A stretch of DNA of 64,000 nt from Methanomassiliicoccaceae archaeon UBA404 (GCA_002498605.1 DAHY01000009.1:22971-86970); one strand, 5' to 3'; positions 28,082 through 36,530 are shown, numbered from the stretch's first letter. The notes: generated by a model not told the origin, from the letters alone. Numbers and translations: made by a program.

Positions 28082-29017
28082 TTACGCCCAATAAGGCTTT
28101 TTGGAGAATTTGTAAGCCATCTGCACGGCGTTGGCGGCTTCTCCGCAGGCGGTTATGATCTGTTTGTATTTACCGGGATAATCAACAACGTCTCCGCAAG
28201 CGAATATGCCCTTTCTGTTCGTGGACATATCCATATTGACTTTGACAAGTCCGTCGGGTGTCAGGTCCAATCCCCACTTTGTCAGAATACCGAGATCTGC
28301 GGTTATGCCGATATTGATTACGGCCAAATCGGTAGGTATGTCGAATCTGCGTCCGTTCTGTTCAACGGTCACGGATTTTAACACACTGTTGCCGTTGAAC
28401 GAAATGGGTGTCGCGTCCATAACTTTCAGGATGTTGCTTTCCTCCAGGGAAGTTACGTTCATTTCATCCGCACGGAATTCGGGTCTTCTGTGCACAATGG
28501 TGGTGTCTGTGACGGAATCGGCAATCAAAGCCATTTCTATGGCGCTGTTTCCGCCTCCGAACATTGTAACTTTCTGTTCGACAAGTTTTTCTTTGACGGG
28601 CAATAGATATTCAACGCCTTTTCCCGCAAATTCCTCCTCTCCGGGAATATCCAATTTGCGCGGGTTAAATTCTCCCATGCCTATTGCTATGATTACAGTA
28701 AGCGTTTTGTATTCGCCTTTGTCGGTTACGATAATAATTTCTTCGTTTCCGTCTTTAATCTCAAGAACCTTTTCAAACTCTCTGATTTCACATCCCAGAT
28801 TTTCTGCCTGGGCATAAAAACGGTCGGAAAGTTTCCTGGCCTGAACGAGTTCGAATCCGGGGAAGTTCTGCACTCCTTTTTCAGGGTACAGTCCCACTAA
28901 TTGTCCGCCTACGCGACCCGAATCGATAATCAGCGTGTTCATCAATTTGGATCTGGCGTAAATCCCTGCAGTAAGGCCTGCTGGACCGGCACCGACGATG
29001 ACTGTATCGTATATCAT
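28082..29017 (-). CDS. thioredoxin-reductase-like ferredoxin-NADP+ oxidoreductase (no redox CxxC)
   Basis: YDTVIVGAGPAG, GGGNSAIEMA and FACGDV. GKGVEYLLP occupies the place of the TrxB CATC motif. The start is probably Met at 29017 or 29041 rather than 29143. Confidence 0.7.
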   Translation of the reverse strand: MIYDTVIVGAGPAGLTAGIYARSKLMNTLIIDSGRVGGQLVGLYPEKGVQNFPGFELVQARKLSDRFYAQAENLGCEIREFEKVLEIKDGNEEIIIVTDKGEYKTLTVIIAIGMGEFNPRKLDIPGEEEFAGKGVEYLLPVKEKLVEQKVTMFGGGNSAIEMALIADSVTDTTIVHRRPEFRADEMNVTSLEESNILKVMDATPISFNGNSVLKSVTVEQNGRRFDIPTDLAVINIGITADLGILTKWGLDLTPDGLVKVNMDMSTNRKGIFACGDVVDYPGKYKQIITACGEAANAVQMAYKFSKKPYWA

Positions 29018-29223
29018 CCGGACGGGAAATATAGTGTCCATATAAAAGAATGACTGAAAAAAGTCAAATAAATTTTCGATAATCGTAAAAAATTTATGTT
29101 TTTCATTAGAATATTCCGGTTTTGTTAAGAAACGTATGGACATTCTCTGCTCATTGCGTAATTTAACAGGGTATTCGGTTTAATTTAATAGTCGCAAAGT
29201 AATATCATCCGCAGAGGTAGGAT

Positions 29224-29577
29224 ATGGACGCACCCGGATTCGCAGATGTTCTGCTGAACTTGATATTGGATGAAATCGACGATCTGATAATAATACACGA
29301 CTCCTCGCATAACGTAGTGTGGATGAACCGTGCCGCATTGAAGGCATTCGGCAAAACCGGGGATGAGGTAATAGGTATCAAGTGCTACAGACTGCTCGGA
29401 CGTTCCGCATGCTGCGCGGATTGCGAAAACATATGCAATCAGGTTCCGGTTCGCCGGAAAGAACCAAGGGTTATACCCGGCACCGGAGAAAAGTACGAAT
29501 GCACCACGGTGCCTTACTTTGAAGACGGCAAGGCAAAGTTGGTGATTCAGCATATGAGGCCGTTCGGAAAGCCATAA
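29224..29577 (+). CDS. stand-alone PAS-like domain protein with a Cys cluster
   Basis: PAS-like core (DLIIIHDSSHNVVWMNRAALKAFGKTGDEVIG) followed by CYRLLGRSACCADCENIC. The antisense 135-aa ORF is judged a shadow. Confidence 0.5.
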   Translation: MDAPGFADVLLNLILDEIDDLIIIHDSSHNVVWMNRAALKAFGKTGDEVIGIKCYRLLGRSACCADCENICNQVPVRRKEPRVIPGTGEKYECTTVPYFEDGKAKLVIQHMRPFGKP

Positions 29578-29603
29578 ATAGGGTTCTGACATTCCAGAGA
29601 TTT

Positions 29604-29705
29604 ATGGAAATACTGTCTCAGTTTTCGGCAATCATAATCGCTTGCATCGGATACTTGGCAATTCTTATGGCTTACGATATAATCTATAAGAATAAAAAAG
29701 CCTGA
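29604..29705 (+). CDS. possible 33-aa single-TM micropeptide
   Basis: MEILSQFSAIIIACIGYLAILMAYDIIYKNKKA. Hydrophobicity is the only support. Confidence 0.2.
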   Translation: MEILSQFSAIIIACIGYLAILMAYDIIYKNKKA

Positions 29706-29927
29706 TCTGTGTACGTTCGAATAGCCGAAGCCCGTATATTTTTGTCCTCAGACGTCGGAACCGTATCACTGTCGAACCGGAACAGACCCGATTTTGTTAA
29801 AAGAAGCGTAAAAACAGTATTCCGGGTTAATTCTCATCGGAATAAATATCTAAGAATTGACTCAAACCCGCTCCGACGGAACGGGGTCGATACAGCAGAT
29901 TAAATATTTGTCGTTCGGTTCCGATAT

Positions 29928-30158
29928 GTGGAAATAAAAAAAACAGCGGTAAACGCAAGAAGATTATTCTTTCTTTTTGCGGCGTTGGCATTCATAGGAT
30001 TGGGTATTTATTCCATGGGGTACAGAAACCATGGTGTTCTTATCCTGATAGTGGGGATGTCGGGATTTTTGATAGCCTTGTCCGTACTCAAATTTTCTTT
30101 CAGAGTTCAGGGTTCAATCGAAGCCAAAGAACGAAGGGAAAATAAATATCGTAAGTAA
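29928..30158 (+). CDS. small two-TM membrane protein
   Basis: GTG start, two hydrophobic helices and a basic tail. Confidence 0.35.
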   Translation: MEIKKTAVNARRLFFLFAALAFIGLGIYSMGYRNHGVLILIVGMSGFLIALSVLKFSFRVQGSIEAKERRENKYRK

Positions 30159-30200
30159 ATACGTAAAAAGTTTGAAAGATCCAATCCGAGTTATTCAGAC

Positions 30201-30407
30201 TTAGTATCTCTGACGTCTTCCGCCACCGTTTCTGTCGGCAGGGCGGTGTTTCTGGAAACAGTCTCTGCAGTACACGGGTCTTCCTTCTGTCGGTTTGAAA
30301 GGTACCTGACATTCTCCGCCGCAATCTGAGCAGACAGTGTCGAACATCTCGCGAGGTTCGTTATTTCTGTCTCCATAGTTCCTGTTTCTGTTTCCTCCGT
30401 AGGCCAT
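30201..30407 (-). CDS. small zinc-ribbon protein with Arg/Gly/Asn-rich tails
   Basis: CSDCGGECQVPFKPTEGRPVYCRDC (CxxC-x17-CxxC), flanked by GGNRNRNYGDRNN and RNGGGRRQRY. There is a strong GGAGAG Shine-Dalgarno-like element. Confidence 0.6.
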   Translation of the reverse strand: MAYGGNRNRNYGDRNNEPREMFDTVCSDCGGECQVPFKPTEGRPVYCRDCFQKHRPADRNGGGRRQRY

Positions 30408-30532
30408 AATTATCTCTCCTATCTATCTCGGCCCTAATACTACTTCCTAACCTTCCCTACAGCGTACAGGGAGCTATATCAGAATGCCTGTATTCTCACA
30501 TTGTGCTACCGATTATAAATCTTTGCATTCGG

Positions 30533-31447
30533 TCAGCAATGGGGACAGGACCAGAGTCCGTTGTAAAAAATCATATCCCTGCCGCATCTGGGACATCTGT
30601 GATCGATATCGGAACCGCGAATAATTTTCCCGTTGAGGTCTTTTGATGCCCAAAATATCAAATCCGTCAGGAAATCAGCCCTCTCGGTTTCTTCCGCACA
30701 ATACAGATTCAAATTGTCCGCCTCGTTGTAAAGTCGCAGATTCATTCTGTTCAGTGCGGATGCAATATTTTTGTGAGAAGTTGCGGAAATTATCTTTTCG
30801 GAAAAAATGTTATTTCTGTATCTGACGTCGAGATATTCGATGGATTTGTTAAGGAACAAATCAAAAGCATCCTCATCCGGACGAACTGGTACGGAGAGTA
30901 TCAGGTTTCTTTTAGGTTCCAGCTCGGGATGCCGGTTTATTATGCGGGAAAGTGTATCGTGTAATTCGTCGCGCATGGATCCTTTAACCATTCCGTAGGA
31001 TCTGCGAATAGTGTCGATATCCTCTATTCTGCCTATGGAACCTAAAGTTTTAGCGGCTTTGGAAAATTCTTCGCCTCTTTTGTACCGTATGATTTCCAGC
31101 ATCAGAGGGATTCTTTCTTCGATTTCTAAAAATGCGGAGAGGTATCCGATACAGGCACCGCGCACTGTTTCTGTATCCCTGATACTCATATCTCTGATCG
31201 TTGCGGCAACGTAGGATTCTCTGACGTCCGTAAGCAACATGATGACTTCGGTACGGACTCTTTCGTCGTCGTAGGATAAATAATGCTCCAGGATAGGCGC
31301 ATACTCTGGTCGGTAATGCACAACTAACCATCTGTCGGCGGATATACCGCCCGGTCTTCCGGTTTCTATTTTATCTATGCCGCCGATAAAACGTTCCAGA
31401 TAGCCAGCTTTACCGGAAGATGAGTTTCCCGTGTTAACCGGATTCAC
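30533..31447 (-). CDS. HEAT-like repeat protein with C-terminal zinc ribbon
   Basis: Repeats DDERVRTEVIMLL / DTETVRGACIGYL / AAKTLGSIGRIEDIDTI, and a C-terminal CPRCG...CPHC. The proposed GTG start at 31447 overlaps the upstream stop (GTGA). Confidence 0.55.
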   Translation of the reverse strand: MNPVNTGNSSSGKAGYLERFIGGIDKIETGRPGGISADRWLVVHYRPEYAPILEHYLSYDDERVRTEVIMLLTDVRESYVAATIRDMSIRDTETVRGACIGYLSAFLEIEERIPLMLEIIRYKRGEEFSKAAKTLGSIGRIEDIDTIRRSYGMVKGSMRDELHDTLSRIINRHPELEPKRNLILSVPVRPDEDAFDLFLNKSIEYLDVRYRNNIFSEKIISATSHKNIASALNRMNLRLYNEADNLNLYCAEETERADFLTDLIFWASKDLNGKIIRGSDIDHRCPRCGRDMIFYNGLWSCPHC

Positions 31448-31674
31448 TTGAGGTCGTCCCTTGTTTCCAGGGCCATTCTGAGCATTGCGGCTTCTTCTTG
31501 TGTAAAGGTGATGCCCTTGCCCATTTTGCTGCGATCGGGAGCCCATTCTCTGATGTCATATTTGGGCTCATTTTCGTTCCAGCGGACTATGTTCAATTCT
31601 TTTTTCCACCCTTTGGAAGATTCGGACAACACCGCAATCTCTTCTACAACCTCGTATTTGAATTCATTAGTCAT
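31444..31674 (-). CDS. YdbC/PC4-like (DUF2128-type) putative ssDNA-binding protein
   Basis: IAVLSESSKGWKKELNIVRWNENEPKYDIREWAPDRSKMGKGITFTQEE matches my recollection of the YdbC family signature. Confidence 0.55.
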   Translation of the reverse strand: MTNEFKYEVVEEIAVLSESSKGWKKELNIVRWNENEPKYDIREWAPDRSKMGKGITFTQEEAAMLRMALETRDDLK

Positions 31675-31852
31675 GTTTTTACCGCTATCGGGATTCTATT
31701 TTTAGTATTTAAAATAGCAGAAGAGACATCGATAATAAATAATGACGTGATGATATAAACAGTCCCAGTGTAAATATATGCAAAAAATTATTACACCGTT
31801 TGTCTTAGGATTATTCGCATCTTTTATATATTTGTAAAGACAGTTTACGTTT

Positions 31853-32467
31853 ATGTCATTCTTTGATAATCCTAAAAATTTTGGATTGGCAGCTATTGTG
31901 ATAGGTGCCATCAGTTTGATAATGGGAATCGTAGGCATCGTTAACGGAGCCTTGGCCGACCCCATCGCGACAGGATCTGTTGTTGCGTCGGCAGGTACGC
32001 TTGCGTTCGGTGCTTTGATTCTCGGAGTGGGACTGCCCGTGTACAAGGGAGAAGAATCTAACAAGCTTAACATTCTCGGAATGTTTGTCAGATTCGTCGG
32101 ACTTGCAATAATCGTTCTCGGAATATTTACCGGTGCAGGACAAATAATCGACGACAGCCTGTCTGCAGGTATCGTATACATTGTTGTTCAGGTCGTTCTC
32201 GGTTTGGTCCTTATGTGGATTGCCGGAAGAATTGTAGATGGATCTGTTGACACACTTGACAAAATCATCTGGATTGTTCTTCTCGTTGTGTTCGCAATAC
32301 TCACAATATTCTTCCTTTACGGCATCATAGCGCCTTTCCTCGTCGACGGTTACGTACTGATCGATGCGGTAATCGCTGCGATAGAGAGCCTCTGTTACTT
32401 CATTCTGGCTGCTTTCCTCTTGGTATCCGTACTTTCAGAGGATGTTAAGTCCGCAATGGGAATGTAA
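31853..32467 (+). CDS. hypothetical polytopic membrane protein
   Basis: About 6 TM helices, no recognisable motif. The opposite-strand ORFs are shadows. Confidence 0.6.
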   Translation: MSFFDNPKNFGLAAIVIGAISLIMGIVGIVNGALADPIATGSVVASAGTLAFGALILGVGLPVYKGEESNKLNILGMFVRFVGLAIIVLGIFTGAGQIIDDSLSAGIVYIVVQVVLGLVLMWIAGRIVDGSVDTLDKIIWIVLLVVFAILTIFFLYGIIAPFLVDGYVLIDAVIAAIESLCYFILAAFLLVSVLSEDVKSAMGM

Positions 32468-32647
32468 GTTTGCAGAACCGGGCAGAACCAATCAAACCTT
32501 TTTCACAATTTTTAATTTATAAATATCCTTTTTACAATCGGTTTTCGATAATACTTATATATCTATAATTTTTAATCATAATGTCGATAACAAGACAGGA
32601 TATACAAAAGTGTCCAGGTACTTTATGGAACGGACGAGTTGATCTGA

Positions 32648-33934
32648 ATGGATATGGGTCTCGTCGTAGCTCTGACTGCAATTATATTTATTCTGTTGAT
32701 TTTTTCAGCATATTTCTCGATGTCCGAGATGACATTTTCAACAGTTAATACGATTAAATTAAAAAAATTAGATTCCGAAGGTGTATCCAACGCCGCAAAG
32801 GCAATATCTCTAACTGAAGATTTTGACAAGTTTTTGACTACGGTCTTAGTCGGCAATAATTTGGTAAACATCGCAGCTTCGACAACCTGTGCGATGTTGT
32901 TTACCGAACAGCTTTTGCCCGGCAATCCCGGTCTTGCTACGGTATTGGCAACAATAGTCATGACACTTCTCATTCTGACTTTCGGGGAAATTCTTCCAAA
33001 GACACTGGCTAAGCGAAATGCCGAGCGTTATGCTTTGAAACTCGTCAACTCCCTGTCGATGTTTGTAACGATATTCTATCCGTTGTCCTGGGCATTTGTA
33101 AAGATGGGAAACTTCCTTACCAAGAAAGAAGACGAGGATGCCGCTCCGACGCTGACCGAGGATGAACTCGTAGTAATGATCAATGAGATCGAAGAAGAGG
33201 GAACTCTTGAAAAAACCGAAAGCGATCTGATTAAATCCGCCATCACTTTTGATGACACCAAACTTTCCGAAGTCTATATACCCAGAGTTGACATAGTTGC
33301 CGTAAGCAAAGACGTTAATATGGACGAATTGAAAGATATTTTCATACATACGGGCTACTCCAGAATACCTGTTTACCATGAAAATATCGACAGAATCGTT
33401 GGTGTTGTAAACGCTAAAGATTTCTACCGAAGATATGTGGAAAACGACAATTTCAATATTATCGATATAATCCGTCAGGTGCAGTTCTTTGATGTTTCAA
33501 CAAATATTGACGAAGTTTTGAATGTAATGCAAAGGACAAAGGTACACATGGCCGTTGTTCTCGATGCGTTCGGAGGTACCCTGGGTATCGTAACCCTTGA
33601 AGATTTGATCGAAGAACTTGTCGGAGAAATCTGGGACGAAAGCGATGATATTACGCTTCCTGTGGTCCGTGAAGCCGACGGATCTTACACGGTCCTGGGG
33701 GATGCCAACATATTCGATGTAATGGAAGATCTGGGCCTGGACTTCGATCCCGGTGAATACCAGGATTACAATGTAAGCGGATACATTCAATATGTTACCG
33801 GGAAGATACCCCGCAGGGGCGCAGTAATAGAACTGGACGGTGTCACAGTCACGGTTCTGTCCACCAAAGGCAGACGTGTGAAGGACGCAAAATTCGAACT
33901 TAAGCCCGATGCTCAGAACTCGGAAGAGAGTTGA
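32648..33934 (+). CDS. CNNM/CorC-type transporter (DUF21 + CBS pair + CorC_HlyC)
   Basis: N-terminal DUF21 TM region (GEILPKTLA), a CBS pair, and a C-terminal transporter-associated domain. Confidence 0.85.
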   Translation: MDMGLVVALTAIIFILLIFSAYFSMSEMTFSTVNTIKLKKLDSEGVSNAAKAISLTEDFDKFLTTVLVGNNLVNIAASTTCAMLFTEQLLPGNPGLATVLATIVMTLLILTFGEILPKTLAKRNAERYALKLVNSLSMFVTIFYPLSWAFVKMGNFLTKKEDEDAAPTLTEDELVVMINEIEEEGTLEKTESDLIKSAITFDDTKLSEVYIPRVDIVAVSKDVNMDELKDIFIHTGYSRIPVYHENIDRIVGVVNAKDFYRRYVENDNFNIIDIIRQVQFFDVSTNIDEVLNVMQRTKVHMAVVLDAFGGTLGIVTLEDLIEELVGEIWDESDDITLPVVREADGSYTVLGDANIFDVMEDLGLDFDPGEYQDYNVSGYIQYVTGKIPRRGAVIELDGVTVTVLSTKGRRVKDAKFELKPDAQNSEES

Positions 33935-34346
33935 AGTAATCTTTCAATACGTCGATAGCCAGCTCTCTCTTTGCGGGATATGAAGCAACTTTGCATATGA
34001 AGGAGATAACATCTCCTCCGGCGCCGATTCTGTATTTGCCGGACATTGCATCCTGTTTGTCCAATCTGAAAAAGAAACTGCAGTCTTCATCGATACGTTC
34101 TTCGATTTCGTTGGAGATCCAATTAATAACATCTTCGCCCAATCTTTCAAACAATCCGTCGATGTCTTTCTTTTTTGTAAGACTGACTTCCAATATTCTG
34201 GTAATGTTGCCCAGCTCTCCCTCGGCAATCTCTTCGGTATATTCGTCAGTACCAGTCAATTCCGCAAACATGTTCGAAATACGATCCGCATCCTCGGTGG
34301 AGTATATCATTACCCGGGATTTTACCCATACAAAAGCAGGTTTCAT
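33900..34346 (-). CDS. UPF0201 / COG1931-like putative RNA-binding protein
   Basis: The IYSTEDADRISNMF N-terminal signature (xTED..kv) recalls the UPF0201 family. The start may be Met13 at 34310. Confidence 0.45.
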   Translation of the reverse strand: MKPAFVWVKSRVMIYSTEDADRISNMFAELTGTDEYTEEIAEGELGNITRILEVSLTKKKDIDGLFERLGEDVINWISNEIEERIDEDCSFFFRLDKQDAMSGKYRIGAGGDVISFICKVASYPAKRELAIDVLKDYFNSLPSSEHRA

Positions 34347-34882
34347 TCGTTTGCCTCTTCTTTAATTTTCTTTTCGGCTTTGGGAAGCAGTGCCGCAAAC
34401 TCTTCCGCTCTTTCGGAAGATACCGCAACAACGGTATTTTTTGTTCTGAACAAAACTCCCTGCTCGCATCCTGCACAGGTATAGTATCTGTACTTGTAGT
34501 TTCTGAAACTTATGCCCGCATAATTTCTGAGTTCATTCATAACTCCGTAGCGAGTGTCTAGTATTTTCTCAATTCTGTAACTGCGGGTTTTGAAATATTT
34601 TATCACGACTTTATCTTCATACACTTCGGTACTCAGTGTGAATTTCCGAAAGATTATGAAAAACAGAATTGTGATGACCGCGAATACGGCGAGCAACCAC
34701 CAATTGGTCCACCCGAGTATGGCGCTCACAAGAATAAACAGGTCAGTAGGTATAAGTATCGCCATAGTCGCTTTTTCAACCGTTTCGGGCACGACTCTCA
34801 ACCTTTCGCTGAATACGGGTTCCATATTATCCGAATGTTGGTCGGAGTTATTTATTTTCCGCACGGACGCTCCACCTGGCAT
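34343..34882 (-). CDS. membrane protein with cytoplasmic PH-like domain
   Basis: Two TM helices followed by a beta-rich domain. It overlaps the downstream gene by 4 nt. Confidence 0.5.
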   Translation of the reverse strand: MPGGASVRKINNSDQHSDNMEPVFSERLRVVPETVEKATMAILIPTDLFILVSAILGWTNWWLLAVFAVITILFFIIFRKFTLSTEVYEDKVVIKYFKTRSYRIEKILDTRYGVMNELRNYAGISFRNYKYRYYTCAGCEQGVLFRTKNTVVAVSSERAEEFAALLPKAEKKIKEEANE

Positions 34883-34930
34883 GCAAAAAGGGAATGTTTA
34901 TATCGTACTTCTTTATTGGTCAATATCGTT

Positions 34931-35004
34931 GGGCCCATAGCTTAGCTTGGTGGAGCGTCCGGCTGATAACCGGAAGGTCATGTGTTCGAATCACATTGGG
35001 CCCA
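34931..35004 (+). tRNA. tRNA-Ile (anticodon GAU)
   Basis: GGGCCCATAGCTTAGCTTGGTGGAGCGTCCGGCTGATAACCGGAAGGTCATGTGTTCGAATCACATTGGGCCCA, with anticodon loop CTGATAA. A TATA-like GTTTATATC lies about 30 nt upstream. Confidence 0.9.
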
Positions 35005-35041
35005 CTCATTTTCATCTGGCATACCTTATTTTTTAGACCAA

Positions 35042-35539
35042 TCACTTCTTACAGACTTCATTTCCGGCCAAAGGCCTGTGATATTTTCCCGTGACGGATT
35101 CAGTCTCTATTCTGTATACCGCCGTAGGAGGTATTTTCGCATCATCCATGCCGGTCTTTCCGGGCATGAGCTTGTCTACGACTTTCAGAAGCATTTTCTT
35201 CTTTGTTTCCTGATCGTCCACCATCTTGACCTTTCCGCGTATGATTACGGATTCGTAAACTGTGGTTGTGTCGCATGCCGCCACACCGCAGTTTTCATAA
35301 CCTGTTCTTTCCCAAACCGTAAAACAGACCCGCGGATCCCTTTTGAGATTTTCGATTTTTTCGCCCAACCTGCGTCCGTGTATGTAGACGATTCCGTCCA
35401 TCATCACATAGTTGACGGGTGCGGCGTACGGATAACCGTCTTCACCGTTAGTGGATATAACTCCGACATCGATTCTGTTCAAAAATTCTGAAATTTCTTT
35501 TTCTTTCATGCTGTTTTTCTTCATATTGGGTTGCATCAT
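35042..35539 (-). CDS. pyridoxamine 5'-phosphate oxidase-family FMN-binding protein (NimA-like)
   Basis: Split-barrel pattern: GVISTNGEDGYPYAAPVNYVMMDGIVYIHG and RVCFTV. Confidence 0.8.
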   Translation of the reverse strand: MMQPNMKKNSMKEKEISEFLNRIDVGVISTNGEDGYPYAAPVNYVMMDGIVYIHGRRLGEKIENLKRDPRVCFTVWERTGYENCGVAACDTTTVYESVIIRGKVKMVDDQETKKKMLLKVVDKLMPGKTGMDDAKIPPTAVYRIETESVTGKYHRPLAGNEVCKK

Positions 35540-35803
35540 AAATCACCTCTCGGTACTTTAAACGTAAAAGGGTCTGGTGTAATAAATAGATTTACGATTT
35601 TGTGTTTTTTGAAGCGATATTGATGAGATATTTATCGGTTTATAGATCAAAACAAGCAATAATCAATATTTGTTCCAATCATGGGATTAAATGTTGTATC
35701 TGTTGTTAGAAAGTATGATTGAATCCAATATTGAAACAAAAAAGCTTGTCATTGGATGCAACTACAAAAGTTATTTATACTAATAATACGTAATATCTAT
35801 TAC

Positions 35804-36050
35804 ACGCGCAGAGATTGCAAAGTTGAAGGATGTGGCTGTTCTTCGGAAAAGTCAACCCGGAAACTTTATGGCCCTGCAACGACAAGGACGAAAAGAATGA
35901 TATTCTTGAGTCATCGTGAAGGATTCCCTACTGGAATCATACGAAGAAACGGAGTGCCTCGGGCGTTTCTAAGGTGAAACGCTTTCGGGGAAAATTATAC
36001 TCGACCTTCGTAAGGTCTGCGCGTGTGATGCGGTTGTTTTGTTTATTTTT
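35804..36050 (+). ncRNA. structured ncRNA candidate, unit A of a tandem paralogous pair
   Basis: TTGGATGCAACTA box at 35753 and TTTATA at ~35775. The 5' CACGCGCAGAG (35804-35814) pairs with TCTGCGCGTG (36017-36026). A T-rich tract lies at 36035-36052. Confidence 0.45.
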
Positions 36051-36285
36051 GTAATACTGATTATTCTGTTCAAAATCTAATTCAATGTCAATCGTTTTTG
36101 AGCATGCTCAGAAAGTATTCATCTCTTGTTTATTATCTGCGTTTAATGACTTTATATTTTTGAGATTCTGATTTCTGAAAAGATCTGATTTATCCTATCC
36201 GTATTGTGGGCGCATCCGGTTTTCAAAATACTGTTGGATGCAACTAAGAAAGATACTTATATTGTGTATCTCGTACTAACTTGTG

Positions 36286-36530
36286 CACGCGCAGAGATCG
36301 CAATAAGCAAGTAGGATTGAGCCCGGTTCTGTGCGGAATCTTTGGCTCAAAAATCTGAATGTTGCGAACCCTGTTTAGACAATCGACGACAGAATTGGAA
36401 CGGTCGAACGGAATTGAAACGAGATTTCCCACTGGAATCACGCGATGATTCATGCCCCTCGAACGTTCCTGGAAGAACGGATCGGGGGAGTAAGTTCTGA
36501 GTCATCGTGGCACTCTGCGCGTGCAGTGAG
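36286..36530 (+). ncRNA. structured ncRNA candidate, unit B of a tandem paralogous pair
   Basis: TTGGATGCAACTA box at 36234 and TTATAT at ~36257. The 5' CACGCGCAGAG (36286-36296) pairs perfectly with CTCTGCGCGTG (36513-36523). Confidence 0.45.

Noticed and set aside
29185-29592. 135-aa minus-strand ORF overlapping the PAS gene
   Set aside because: The plus-strand frame has a recognisable PAS-like core and a better start context. The minus-strand frame has no motif. The call remains of only moderate confidence.
35756-36453. ORFs 35756-35977 (+, 73 aa) and 36244-36453 (-, 69 aa) in the gene-free gap
   Set aside because: They are not conserved between the two paralogous units; in unit B the plus-strand frame stops after 13 codons. 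There is no ribosome-binding element. The conserved features are helices rather than codons. A short MQLxK... leader peptide cannot be fully excluded.
35804-36530. Identity of the tandem RNAs as RNase P RNA or SRP (7S) RNA
   Set aside because: Unit A has RNase-P-reminiscent strings (CGGAAAAGUCAACCC, GGUGAAAC). It lacks a proper GAGGAAAGUCC / ACAGAA...GGCUUA pairing and is short. Neither unit has the SRP helix-8 GNAR-GGAAGCA signature. Two paralogous copies also argue against either assignment.
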